Below are positions 37,950-47,542 of a DNA stretch of 64,000 nucleotides, in pieces. Under the pieces are notes generated by a model. The model saw nothing but the letters and a program-made list of their open reading frames with translations, was not told where the DNA came from and ran no database searches. This DNA comes from Candidatus Latescibacterota bacterium (GTDB taxonomy: Bacteria; Latescibacterota; UBA2968; UBA8231), in NCBI GenBank assembly GCA_965215195.1, contig CBDCDC010000002.1, forward strand, positions 2,656,001 to 2,720,000, given 5' to 3'. Numbering within the stretch: position 1 is the first letter of the stretch; each line of letters starts with the position of its first letter. The position numbers and the translations under genes are program-made.

Positions 37950-40610
37950 ATGACTGCAAATAACGACGAATTTGATGCGCGCACCCGGCTGGAATGCAGC
38001 GGCGGTAGCGGCGTCCTGTACCGCATTAAAAAGTTAGAAGAGGAGGGCGTAGCCGAGGTGAGCCGGCTGCCCTATTCGATCAAAATTCTGCTAGAGGCCG
38101 CGCTCAGGCAGTGCGACGGGTTTGAGATTACCCGCGAGGACGTCGAGCGCATTGCGCGCTGGAGTCCCGAGACAGCAGGCAAGGAAGAGATTCCCTTCAA
38201 GCCGGCGCGGGTAGTGATGCAGGATTTTACCGGCGTACCAGCCGTGGTTGATTTGGCCGCGATGCGCGACGCCGTGGCCGATTTGGGCGGCGACCCGGAA
38301 AAGGTCAATCCCCTGATTCCGGTCGACTTGGTCATCGATCATTCGGTGCAGGTTGATTACTACGGCATCCGCGAGGCACTGGCCATGAACGCTGCGCGCG
38401 AATTCGAGCGCAACCGCGAGCGCTACGAGTTTTTGCGCTGGGGTCAGGAGTCGTTCGACAATTTTCGCGTGGTGCCGCCGGCCACCGGCATCGTGCATCA
38501 GGTCAACCTAGAATATCTGGCGCAGGTGGTGCAGGAGCAGGACGGAGAATTTTATCCCGATAGCCTAGTGGGCACGGACAGCCACACGACGATGATCAAC
38601 GGCCTCGGCGTACTCGGCTGGGGTGTGGGCGGCATCGAGGCCGAGGCCGTGATGTTGGGGCAGCCGATCTACATGCTTTTGCCCCAAGTGGTCGGCGTCA
38701 AACTGACGGGCGCATTGCCCACCGGGACGACGGCTACGGACTTGGTCTTGACGGTGGTGCAGATGCTCCGGGCGCATGGCGTGGTCGGCAAATTCGTCGA
38801 ATTTTACGGACCGGGCTTGAGCGAGCTGAGCCTAGCCGACCGGGCGACCCTCGCCAACATGGCCCCGGAATACGGGGCGACGATGGGCATTTTTCCGGTT
38901 GACGAGGAGACGCTGGCGTACTTGGTGCTCACCGGGCGCAAGAAGGCGGTGGTCGAGCGAGTCCGCGCCTACATGGAAGCGCAGGGCATGCTCTACCACG
39001 CCGAGGCCCCTGATCCGGTCTTCAGCGAGCACTTGGCACTGGATATGGGTACGGTTGAGCCGAGCTTGGCCGGCCCGACGCGGCCGCAGGATCGGGTCGC
39101 GCTCAAGGACGTGCCGGCCGCATTCGCCGCCTCGCTAGCGGACCGCTTTGAGGTGGAGGACCGCGGCCAAAAGGTCGCCGTTGAAGTGGGCGAGCTGGGC
39201 CACGGCGCAGTGCTCATCGCCGCCATCACCTCCTGCACGAATACCAGCAACCCGAGCGCGATGGTGGGGGCGGGGCTGTTGGCGCGCAACGCGGCCAAGC
39301 GGGGTCTCGCGGTCCCGGCCTACGTCAAGACCAGCTTGGCACCGGGCAGCCGGGTCGTTTCCCGCTACCTCGACGCGGCCGGCCTCACCGAGAGCCTAGA
39401 GGCCCTCGGCTTCCACACGGTCGGCTACGGTTGCACGACCTGCATTGGCAACTCGGGGCCCCTGCCGGAAGAAATCGCCGCGGCCGTGGCCGACAACGAC
39501 TTGGTGGTGTGTAGCGTACTCAGCGGCAACCGCAATTTCGAGGGCCGGGTACACCCAGTGACGAAGGCCAATTTCCTCGCCTCGCCGCCTTTGGTCGTGG
39601 CCTACGCCCTTGCGGGCCGGGCGACAATTGACTTCGAGCGCGAGCCACTCGGCCGCGACCAAGGGGGCCGCGAGGTATTCCTGCGCGACATCTGGCCCGC
39701 GCAGGACCAGATCCGCGACGCGATTGCCGGCTCGCTGACGCCTAAGATGTTCGAGGAAGAATACGGCAATGCGTTCCGTCAAAACGAGACTTGGAACGCG
39801 ATCTCCGTGCCCGCGGGTACGCGCTACGCTTGGGCTGAGGAGAGCACGTACATTCGCAAGCCGAATTTCTTTGACGGCCTTACCAAACAGGCCCAGCCGA
39901 TCCAGCCGATTCAAGGTGCGCGCGTCTTGGCCAAGCTCGGCGACAGCGTGACGACCGACCACATCTCGCCGGCCGGTGCGATAGCCGCAGGCAGTCCGGG
40001 GGGTGAGTATCTCGCCAGCCACGGCGTTGAGCGCAAGGACTGGAACAGCTATGGCTCTAGACGCGGCAACCACGAGGTGATGATGCGGGGCACGTTTGCC
40101 AATATCCGCATCCGCAACGAGCTGGTGCCCGGCGTCGAGGGGGGTTATACGCGCCATCTGCCTTCGGGCGAGCAGATGACCATGTACGAAGCGGCCATGC
40201 GCTACATAGAAGAAGGCGTGCCGTCGATCATTATCGCGGGCAAGGAATACGGATCGGGCTCGAGCCGCGACTGGGCCGCCAAAGGTCCCTTCCTGCAAGG
40301 CGTCAAGGCCGCCATCGCCGAGAGCTACGAGCGCATCCACCGCTCGAACCTGATTGGGATGGGCATTCTGCCGCTGCAATTTTCCCCCGGCGAAGATCGC
40401 CACGCGCTGGGGCTGACCGGCGAGGAGATATACGATGTCGAGGGCCTCGACGACGACCTGCAGCCGGGGCAGGTGTTGGAGGTGGTGGCCAAGAGCGCTG
40501 CGGGCGAGCAGCGCTTTGCGGTGATATGCCGGATAGACACCCCCGTGGAGATCAACTACTACCGCAACGGGGGGATCTTACACGCAGTGCTCAGGCGGAT
40601 GGCCGAGTAG
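37950..40610 (+). CDS. acnA: Aconitate hydratase A
   Basis: [63 protein letters not shown]. Confidence 0.98.
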   Translation: MTANNDEFDARTRLECSGGSGVLYRIKKLEEEGVAEVSRLPYSIKILLEAALRQCDGFEITREDVERIARWSPETAGKEEIPFKPARVVMQDFTGVPAVVDLAAMRDAVADLGGDPEKVNPLIPVDLVIDHSVQVDYYGIREALAMNAAREFERNRERYEFLRWGQESFDNFRVVPPATGIVHQVNLEYLAQVVQEQDGEFYPDSLVGTDSHTTMINGLGVLGWGVGGIEAEAVMLGQPIYMLLPQVVGVKLTGALPTGTTATDLVLTVVQMLRAHGVVGKFVEFYGPGLSELSLADRATLANMAPEYGATMGIFPVDEETLAYLVLTGRKKAVVERVRAYMEAQGMLYHAEAPDPVFSEHLALDMGTVEPSLAGPTRPQDRVALKDVPAAFAASLADRFEVEDRGQKVAVEVGELGHGAVLIAAITSCTNTSNPSAMVGAGLLARNAAKRGLAVPAYVKTSLAPGSRVVSRYLDAAGLTESLEALGFHTVGYGCTTCIGNSGPLPEEIAAAVADNDLVVCSVLSGNRNFEGRVHPVTKANFLASPPLVVAYALAGRATIDFEREPLGRDQGGREVFLRDIWPAQDQIRDAIAGSLTPKMFEEEYGNAFRQNETWNAISVPAGTRYAWAEESTYIRKPNFFDGLTKQAQPIQPIQGARVLAKLGDSVTTDHISPAGAIAAGSPGGEYLASHGVERKDWNSYGSRRGNHEVMMRGTFANIRIRNELVPGVEGGYTRHLPSGEQMTMYEAAMRYIEEGVPSIIIAGKEYGSGSSRDWAAKGPFLQGVKAAIAESYERIHRSNLIGMGILPLQFSPGEDRHALGLTGEEIYDVEGLDDDLQPGQVLEVVAKSAAGEQRFAVICRIDTPVEINYYRNGGILHAVLRRMAE

Positions 40611-40628
40611 GGCCGGCGAGAGGATGCG

Positions 40629-41879
40629 ATGAGTTCTTGTGCTGTTAAAGACGTCGTGCGCACCGTGCTACACGTGCCGTTCCACGCACGCTGCGCCGAC
40701 GCCATGGAAGTCTACGGGCCGGGTTGGTCCATCGTCGAGCTGATCGAAGTAGAGACCGAGGGCGGCGTTGTCGGCATTGGCGAGACGATTCAGGGATATA
40801 CGTGGGGCCACTCGCGCCAAGCGCAGTTTGCCCGCGTGCGCGGTCGGAATGTTTTCGAGGTGCTGTGGGACGACTCGCTGGGGGCCGGCTTGCAGATGGC
40901 GCTTTTCGACGCGGCCGGCAAGCACCTAGGCGTACCCTGCCACCGGCTGATGGGGCCGCAGCACCGCGACGCCTGTCCGGTTTCTTGGTGGGCGCAAAGT
41001 ATGCCACCCGCAGCGTGGGCGGCCGAGGCTCGGACGGCCGAGGCGCATGGTTTTACCACCATGAAGGTCAAGGCGCGGCCTTGGTACGATATTGCGGCGC
41101 AGTTGCAGGCCGTGGACGAGGCCACCTCTCAGCACTTCAAGTTAGATGCCGACTTCAACACCATGTTGCTGGGGGTTGACCAAGCCGCCCCGCTCATCGC
41201 GCGCTTAGAGCGAGACAACGCCTGTCTCGCCATCGTTGAGTCGCCGATTCCGCAGGACGACGTGGAGGGCAACAAGCTCCTGCGGCGCAAGATCCAATCT
41301 CCAATCGCCATGCACATAGGCCAGCCGCCGCCCATGACGGCGATCCGCGAGGGTGTGTGCGATGGGTTTGTCATCGGCGGCGGAGTGAGCCGCGTCTTGA
41401 GCGACGGCAACTTGGCCGCGCGGGCGCACCTGCCGTTCTGGTTGCAGATGGTGGGCACTGGCCTGACCGCGACCTTTGCGGCGCACTTGGGGGCGGTGCT
41501 AAAGCAAGCGCGCTGGCCGGCGATTCCCTGCGTCAACATCTATTCGCACGTTTTGGTGCAGGAGTTCGCCGTGGAGGGGGGGCATCTGCGGGTGCCGGAG
41601 GCACCGGGCTTGGGGGTTGAGTTGGACCGGGAGGCCGTGGAGCGCCTGCGCGTCGAGCCGGACTTTGCAAAAGCGCCGGTGCGCCAAATACACGCCGTGC
41701 GCTGGCCCGACGGTCGGGTCCTCTGGGCTGCCGACGGCAGCTACCGCAGCGATTTCACTGCTGGCAAGCGAACCGGGTTCTTGCCGGGGATGCAGCTAGA
41801 GGTGCGGCTCGACGACGGCAGCGAAGAATTTGATCGAGAGTACCGGGAGCGGTTTCCGGGGCGAGCGAAGAGACGCTGA
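40629..41879 (+). CDS. Mandelate racemase/muconate lactonizing enzyme (enolase superfamily) protein
   Basis: G.GET, ALFDAAGK..G.P, K.K, DFN, E.P, P..PGLGVELD. Confidence 0.88.
   Translation: MSSCAVKDVVRTVLHVPFHARCADAMEVYGPGWSIVELIEVETEGGVVGIGETIQGYTWGHSRQAQFARVRGRNVFEVLWDDSLGAGLQMALFDAAGKHLGVPCHRLMGPQHRDACPVSWWAQSMPPAAWAAEARTAEAHGFTTMKVKARPWYDIAAQLQAVDEATSQHFKLDADFNTMLLGVDQAAPLIARLERDNACLAIVESPIPQDDVEGNKLLRRKIQSPIAMHIGQPPPMTAIREGVCDGFVIGGGVSRVLSDGNLAARAHLPFWLQMVGTGLTATFAAHLGAVLKQARWPAIPCVNIYSHVLVQEFAVEGGHLRVPEAPGLGVELDREAVERLRVEPDFAKAPVRQIHAVRWPDGRVLWAADGSYRSDFTAGKRTGFLPGMQLEVRLDDGSEEFDREYRERFPGRAKRR
41733..41878 (+). repeat. 146-bp direct repeat (3' end of the enolase gene); second copy at 42996-43141 with 3 synonymous mismatches
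   Basis: AGC/AGT, TTG/TTA, GAC/GAT are the only differences I found. Confidence 0.93.
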
Positions 41880-41920
41880 GACGATTCGATGAATGGACTA
41901 CTGTGACGTTGATGGAGGCC

Positions 41921-42298
41921 TCAACTCGTGTATTGACGCAACCATATTTTGACTGAGCGACTCGTTTCGGGCGAGCGGCTCAGTGCGGCTCTTATATGAG
42001 ACAGATCGTCTCGGGAAAGACTGCCTGCTTCCTTGATCTGCCGGAGTACCATGCGGTCAATTAATTTTTTTACAGGTGCAATGCGGGTATCGTGGATAAA
42101 ATGGGTGCGGTTCGTAGAAGGCAAGCAGGTCGGCTCTATAATGACTACATCCTCACCCTCGTCGTCTTCATAGAGCGGGTGCAATAGTGCCACCAGTACC
42201 TCCTGAGCACGAGAAGGATCGGTCAGAATTAGGAACAGCCGAAAAGGCTGTGCGGTCATGCGAAGGATCGAGCCAGCCTTCAACACTATGAAAGCCAC
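41921..42298 (-). CDS. Putative toxin, PemK/MazF-like
   Basis: Beta-rich G....RLFLIL....VLVA pattern and C-terminal GSLSRDDL..IRAAL helix; overlaps the Panacea gene. Confidence 0.55.
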   Translation of the reverse strand: MAFIVLKAGSILRMTAQPFRLFLILTDPSRAQEVLVALLHPLYEDDEGEDVVIIEPTCLPSTNRTHFIHDTRIAPVKKLIDRMVLRQIKEAGSLSRDDLSHIRAALSRSPETSRSVKIWLRQYTS

Positions 42299-42858
42299 TC
42301 GTCGAGTTGGTTGCTCACCTTTACGCGCGCTACGACTTCCTGTATATAATCGTCCTCTTTTCCCAAGGCCGTGAGAATGTCCTCTAGGGGCAACGGCCGA
42401 CTAGCCGGCCCCACAGGATCGGCACCGGGGTCTTGCCATTCGGGAAGATGATCGTGGGTATACTGGACCAATTCTTGCCAAGGCCAACTGCCAAAATGTG
42501 CTACCACCTCTTGAGCGATGCCGATCTCGTTTTCCGACATTGCCTCAATCGTCAGGGGATCTTGTACCAGTTCTATATGATAGGTCCCCTTTCGGCGAAT
42601 ATGGCTCTGCCAGACTGATTCACGCTCCGGCCACGGTGGCTCTCGAATAAGGTCATAGGTTCGGCTTAAAACGGGACCATGAGCCATCGACACATAGACA
42701 TCGGTAGAAATCGGCCATCCTCGCTCGTTTAGTGCCGCGCGGTCCACCAAGTACATTAGCTTTATGAGCTTGATATACTCCATCGAACCGCCGGCCTCGC
42801 GCAACAACACAACGGCCAGTTCGGTGACCTTTCGGAGATTAAAGCGCAAGTTTTCCAT
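42286..42858 (-). CDS. Panacea/SocA (DUF4065) antitoxin-domain protein
   Basis: KLIKLMYL.DR...G.PI....Y..M.HGPV....YD; L..YTH..PEW. Confidence 0.88.
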   Translation of the reverse strand: MENLRFNLRKVTELAVVLLREAGGSMEYIKLIKLMYLVDRAALNERGWPISTDVYVSMAHGPVLSRTYDLIREPPWPERESVWQSHIRRKGTYHIELVQDPLTIEAMSENEIGIAQEVVAHFGSWPWQELVQYTHDHLPEWQDPGADPVGPASRPLPLEDILTALGKEDDYIQEVVARVKVSNQLDEWLS

Positions 42859-43214
42859 AGGGCATCTTTAGGAAAAGGGTATATCTAGTTAGGTACCAAT
42901 AAACGAAAACCGTGTCAATTCTAAAAGGCTGCCTCATGCGGCCAGCCCATTGGGCCGATGCGGATCAGACCCAAACGGACGGAGCATGTGGGCCTGACGG
43001 CAGTTACCGCAGCGATTTCACTGCTGGCAAGCGAACCGGGTTCTTACCGGGGATGCAGCTAGAGGTGCGGCTCGACGATGGCAGCGAAGAATTTGATCGA
43101 GAGTACCGGGAGCGGTTTCCGGGGCGAGCGAAGAGACGCTGCGAGTTGGAAGGTTCCCATGCGACGAACTGACTGTGTTTTGAGGTGCCGTCACGCAACT
43201 TTAGCTAAAAGAGG

Positions 43215-43251
43215 AAGCGGCCCGTGTCGAGAGACATTGGCCGCTTTTTTT
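43215..43251 (+). terminator. Intrinsic terminator after the displaced enolase 3' copy
   Basis: aagcggcc / ggccgctt stem followed by a T-run. Confidence 0.75.
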
Positions 43252-43479
43252 GTGCTGTTGGCCTTGCGGAAACGCTGCTGAATAATACCCCCTCACTTGA
43301 GCACGGCGACGGCCACGCCCATGGCTGTGATGAGGATGCTGGTGCAAGCGATGAGCATGGCCATCAGCCGGGGTTCTGGGGGTAGTCGCCTATGTTACCG
43401 TGGAGGATGAACACGGTCGCCTGCTGGGTACGCAGCATGCCGCAGACGGTCTCGTCATACCACGACAGGGGGCGGAGGC

Positions 43480-43716
43480 TCATCCGAACGACTCCTCGCC
43501 TAGGATGACCGCAGAAACAGACAGCTGGTCCTGGGTCTCTTCGTCGTCGGCGTTGTAGGGGAGAAAGAGGTCGGGGGTGTTGGGGTCGGCTTGGACATCG
43601 GTGGCCACGACGCTGCCCGCGTACAGCCGCCAGTAGCCCACCGAGCTGTCGGTCAGCACGAGGGCCTCGGGCTCACAGTGGGACGTGAGGAGGTCACACA
43701 GTTCCTTGACCGTCAT
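43480..43716 (-). CDS. Small hypothetical protein (phage-like MTVKEL start)
   Basis: aaggag RBS; MTVKELCDLL...VIL; overlaps the next ATG. Confidence 0.6.
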   Translation of the reverse strand: MTVKELCDLLTSHCEPEALVLTDSSVGYWRLYAGSVVATDVQADPNTPDLFLPYNADDEETQDQLSVSAVILGEESFG

Positions 43717-43765
43717 AGGGTCTCCTTTCGGGGGATAGGGAAGGGAACGTATAGACTTAGCCCCA

Positions 43766-44479
43766 CTAAATGAGGCGTTCTTTTTTGCGATAGAGGCGGC
43801 AAATGTCATTCGGGGCCACCCTGAACTTCGTGCCGTGATTGCGTAGGCCCTGGCTGTCTGGCTTGGATTCCCGTGCATCGAAGTCTATGCACACAGACCC
43901 CGCGACCAGATCAAAGACGAAGAACGAAATCTGCAAGTCCTCAAAGCAATCAATCCGGTCAAAGGTTACAGTCCGTCCCTTTTTGGAACCCTGCACCAAC
44001 ACCAAGCGGCGCAATTTCGCTCCGGCCGCACTGAGAATATCGTCTTGCGCCCAATAGGGGATTGATCCGTTGCCGCCAATGGGACGGACAAAAATCTGGT
44101 TGGCGTCGGAGTCCACCCGAAAGCGGTCTGATTTACCTCGAATCGTATGACGAAAACTGCGCCGTCCGTGCTGGTCCTTCTGCCCAAATCGCCTGACCAT
44201 GTAGCGCATAATCCCCGCAGGCTTTGGCTCCTTGTGGAACAGCGTTACTAGGTGCGTCTGGGGCGTGTAGTACTTCAACTCCCAACCGAGGCTATCGGGT
44301 ATATCCGCGTTGCCAGCGGTCAACCCAAGTAGGTCCTCTAAGAAGTTGCCGGGGGCCCCTGTGCCATTGTAGCGCGACTGGTGGGGCATTTCATGGGGAG
44401 ATTGCTGGACCACATTGACGAGGCGTTCAAACAGTTCCTTACCCGTCTTAGGTGGGGCTGGTCTGAACTGTACCGTCAT
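43766..44479 (-). CDS. MvaI/BcnI family restriction endonuclease
   Basis: G..GNFLEDLLG..N..IPD..GWELK......VTLF..EP; RNHGT.FR; probable start MTVQF. Confidence 0.85.
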   Translation of the reverse strand: MTVQFRPAPPKTGKELFERLVNVVQQSPHEMPHQSRYNGTGAPGNFLEDLLGLTAGNADIPDSLGWELKYYTPQTHLVTLFHKEPKPAGIMRYMVRRFGQKDQHGRRSFRHTIRGKSDRFRVDSDANQIFVRPIGGNGSIPYWAQDDILSAAGAKLRRLVLVQGSKKGRTVTFDRIDCFEDLQISFFVFDLVAGSVCIDFDARESKPDSQGLRNHGTKFRVAPNDICRLYRKKERLI

Positions 44480-45326
44480 GGCGAAGGAGCTTCCTCTGTG
44501 CTTGGATGCGTTCCCGAGCAAGTTGACAATAATCCTCTGACAACTCAAAGCCTATCCATTGGCGCTTACAGCCTTCCGCTGCAAGGGCCGTAGAACCAGA
44601 CCCCATAAAGGGATCGAGGACCACGGGCGCGTCGGTGGCCTGAATACAGCGTTGGGGCAACGCTACGGGGAAGGGAGCCGGGTGGGGATTGTTACTCTCT
44701 TGGGGGATTTTCCACACATCGCCTACGGCGTTGGCTTTATCAGCAAGGCGGAACTCTTTTTTGCAGATTAGATAAATCACTTCATAGCAGGGGAGGAAGT
44801 ACCCCTTGTTGAAGTTAATACCGCCTGCTCGCTGCCAAATGATAATCTGGCGTACAGGAAAGCCCTTGACTATATCCGCTCGATCTTGGAGCAAGCCATT
44901 TTGAACACGCCATTTGTGATTGTAGAAGATGCAACCGTCATTGCGAAGAACACGCATCATCGCTCGCAGACACTGGCGTTGCCATTTGACATACGCATCG
45001 TGCGGCATGTTGTCGCCGTGATCGGCATAGCCCTTGATAAGCTCCGCCTTTTCCCACTTGCCGCCTCGTCCGTCTTTCATGCCGTTACCGGACGAGTTGC
45101 GGAGGTTGTACGGAGGACTAGTAACGATTACGCTAATGGATTCTTTGGGGAGCTTTTTAAGCAGCTCGACGCAATCGCCTTGATGCACTTTGCCAACCCA
45201 ATCCGCTAGCGCAGAGAGGGGGGGGATGCGATTGACGGCGGAAGAGAGTGTGCCATTGAAGGAGAGGGGAATATGTAGCTTGAGTTGCTCGCTCATGCTA
45301 TTAGCCGGTGGCTTGACGATGCTCAT
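44448..45326 (-). CDS. Amino (N4-C/N6-A) DNA methyltransferase, beta class
   Basis: GDC, VTSPPY, HPAPFP, VLDPFMGSGST, IGFEL. Confidence 0.92.
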   Translation of the reverse strand: MSIVKPPANSMSEQLKLHIPLSFNGTLSSAVNRIPPLSALADWVGKVHQGDCVELLKKLPKESISVIVTSPPYNLRNSSGNGMKDGRGGKWEKAELIKGYADHGDNMPHDAYVKWQRQCLRAMMRVLRNDGCIFYNHKWRVQNGLLQDRADIVKGFPVRQIIIWQRAGGINFNKGYFLPCYEVIYLICKKEFRLADKANAVGDVWKIPQESNNPHPAPFPVALPQRCIQATDAPVVLDPFMGSGSTALAAEGCKRQWIGFELSEDYCQLARERIQAQRKLLRHDGTVQTSPT

Positions 45327-45846
45327 GGGGGGATCCTTTCACCCGGGTACAGGTAGTCGCCTAGGATGCGACCGACCATGAAGGCGAGGTACAGGTCGGG
45401 GGGGTCGGCGAACAGCGGCTGCTCCTCATCGGGATCATCCAGCCGCGCATAGCGCGAGTCGAGTTGTTTAGCTAAGTCGTCGATGCGCTCGTTCATCTCG
45501 GTGCGCAAGTCGTCCATACGCTGATTCATCTCGGTGCGCAGGCCATCAATGCGCTCGTTGGTCTGGTCGATGCGCTCATTGGTTTGGCGCAGGTCTTGGC
45601 GCAGGTCCTGAATATCCTCGCGCAGGAAGCTCAGAGCGAGGGTGGACTCTGTTGGCTGGACGGGTTTGGGTGCTTGCTCGGCCATGAGAAGTTCCTCCAT
45701 TGATGAATGTAAGTGCTAGCCTCCTACATGCAAAAAGCAGGCCATGCTTGGGCAGCCGCCCGTTCCCTCTGGTAGCGGTATGTGCTGTATGCGCCGTACT
45801 GTTACCTCGTAGAAACAACGCTGTTCCTCAGAGGCAACAGCACCCC

Positions 45847-46386
45847 TCACTTGACCAATGCGGCAATTTGCTTGAACTCGGCCGTCCCCGCCTCTTGCAG
45901 CAATTCAAATAGACACATTTCCACCCCTGTGATCTGCGCACCCGCAGCCGCCATTTTTTGTAGCCCCAGCGCCTTGTTCTCGGCGGTGCGCGAGGAGATG
46001 GCGTCGGCGACGACTTCGACTTGATAGCCGGAGTCCAGCAAATCGCGGGCAGTCTGATAGACGCAGATGTGGCTTTCGATCCCGGCCAAGAGGAGCTGGC
46101 GGCGGCCGCTCTGGCGCAGTTGGGTTTGGAAAGCACTGAGGCCCCAAGCGCTAAAGCAGGTTTTGACCAAGGGCTTTTGGCCGGAGAGCAGGTCGGCGAC
46201 TTCGGGAATGGTGGGGCCAAGCCCTTTGGGATACTGCTCCAGCCATAGAATGGGCAACCCCAGTACCTGCGCACCCTTGACGAGAATCTGTAGCTGGCGG
46301 TAGAGCGCCTCGCGTTCGCGCATCAGGGAGGCCAGCTTGCCCTGAATGTCGATGAGGACGAGCGCGGCGTGGTCGCGGCTGAGCAT
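45847..46386 (-). CDS. Isochorismatase-like cysteine hydrolase (YcaC-like)
   Basis: LVLIDIQ, EQYPKGLG.T, K.CFS, GIESHICVYQT, VADAISSR. Confidence 0.9.
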   Translation of the reverse strand: MLSRDHAALVLIDIQGKLASLMREREALYRQLQILVKGAQVLGLPILWLEQYPKGLGPTIPEVADLLSGQKPLVKTCFSAWGLSAFQTQLRQSGRRQLLLAGIESHICVYQTARDLLDSGYQVEVVADAISSRTAENKALGLQKMAAAGAQITGVEMCLFELLQEAGTAEFKQIAALVK

Positions 46387-47531
46387 TAGATGTACCCGGT
46401 TGAGCCGTCGGGGCGCGTCGGGCTGGAGCGTTCCCAATGGATGTATTCGTTGTCGCGGATGGCGTCCTCATTCACCTCGACGCCTAGCCCCGGCCGGTCT
46501 GGTCGCAGCTCTAAGTAGCCGTCTTTGGGCAGGTAGGGTTCGTCAACCCAGTCGTTCCACTCGGACTCGGTCGGCAGGAGGTATTCGAGAATTTTGAAGT
46601 TCGGTGCCGAGGCGCAGAAGTGCAGGTTGACCGCAGTCGCCAACGGCCCCATGGGGTTGTGCGGAGCGATGCTGATGTAGTGAGCTTCGGCAATGGCGTT
46701 GATCTTGCGCATTTCGAGCAGGCCGCCGCAGACGCAGATGTCGGGTTGGATGATGTCGGCCCCTTGGTTGGCGATTAGGTTGAGGAACTCAAAGCGGGCG
46801 TAGAGGCTCTCGCCGGTGGCCAATGGCACCTGCATTTGCGACTTGAGGCTGGTCCACGCCGGAATGTGCTCGGGGCGTAGCGGCTCTTCGTAGAAAAAGG
46901 GGTCGTACGGTGCGAGGGCGTTGGCTAGCTGCAAGGCGCGAATCGGCTCGAAGATCTTGGCGTGTGGGTCGAAGGCAAACTCCCAGTCGTCCGGGCAGTT
47001 GACGCGCAACTCTTCAAAGTACTGGGTCGCTTCCGTGCAGACCCGGCCCCAGCGATGGGCGTCTGGGTCGAACCGATAGGGGCTGGTTTTGAAGGCGGTG
47101 AAGCCATACTCCTCGTTCAGACGCCGCGCTTGGTCGGCGGCTTCTTGGCCGTCGCGGCCGCCAATCCCGCGGTACACGCGCACTCGATCGCGGGCGTGGC
47201 CGCCCAAGAGCTGATAGACCGGGACGCCCGCGGCTTTGCCGGAGATGTCCCACAGCGCGTGGTCAATGCCGGAGATGGCCGACAGGCCGATCCCGCCCGG
47301 TGGAAAGCGAAACTGCTGGTGCAGTTTCATCGTGATGAACTCGATCCGCCGAGGGTCAATGCCCTTGATTAGCTCGAAGCAATAATCAACGGTTGGGCCG
47401 ACAGCTAGGTCGGGGCCGATGGAGTAGGTCTCGCCCCAGCCGGTGATGCCCTCGTCGGTCTCGACCTTGACCAAGACGCGGGGGCGGTTGCCGAAGCGGG
47501 CGACGATGGGGGTGATGGCGGTAATTTTCAC
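46386..47531 (-). CDS. Galactonate dehydratase-like enolase superfamily protein
   Basis: VKVETDEGITGWGE, IDHALWDISGK..GVPVYQLLGG, D.H, YEEP, ATGE, APHNP; probable GTG start. Confidence 0.9.
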   Translation of the reverse strand: MKITAITPIVARFGNRPRVLVKVETDEGITGWGETYSIGPDLAVGPTVDYCFELIKGIDPRRIEFITMKLHQQFRFPPGGIGLSAISGIDHALWDISGKAAGVPVYQLLGGHARDRVRVYRGIGGRDGQEAADQARRLNEEYGFTAFKTSPYRFDPDAHRWGRVCTEATQYFEELRVNCPDDWEFAFDPHAKIFEPIRALQLANALAPYDPFFYEEPLRPEHIPAWTSLKSQMQVPLATGESLYARFEFLNLIANQGADIIQPDICVCGGLLEMRKINAIAEAHYISIAPHNPMGPLATAVNLHFCASAPNFKILEYLLPTESEWNDWVDEPYLPKDGYLELRPDRPGLGVEVNEDAIRDNEYIHWERSSPTRPDGSTGYI

Positions 47532-47542
47532 GGCAAGCCTCG

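Larger units (their letters stand above)
43371..45439. mobile_element. Transposase-free inserted segment carrying an RM system, flanked by a 6-bp direct repeat
   Basis: cagccg at 43365-43370 and 45440-45445; removing the insert restores the host reading frame. Confidence 0.78.
43293..45700 (-). pseudogene. Coiled-coil protein with C-terminal TM anchor (DUF1640/CCDC90-like), split by a 2.07-kb insertion
   Basis: 5' part 45700-45440 ends ...LDSRYARL; 3' part 43370-43293 reads RLMAMLIACTSILITAMGVAVAVLK*; cagccg duplicated at both junctions. Confidence 0.82.

Noticed and set aside
42912-43172. 86-aa ORF as an independent gene (likewise 63602-63826)
   Set aside because: Each is explained by the displaced duplicate of the neighbouring gene's 3' end and lacks a convincing RBS.
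43293-43483. In-frame fusion of the AAA-like stub to the host TM tail
   Set aside because: Codon-by-codon reading gives ...PQNPG then TGA at 43366-43364; the tail is in another frame.
45218-45225. G8 tract in the methyltransferase 5' region as a phase-variation switch
   Set aside because: It is short for a GC-rich genome and the ORF is in frame; there is no support without read data.
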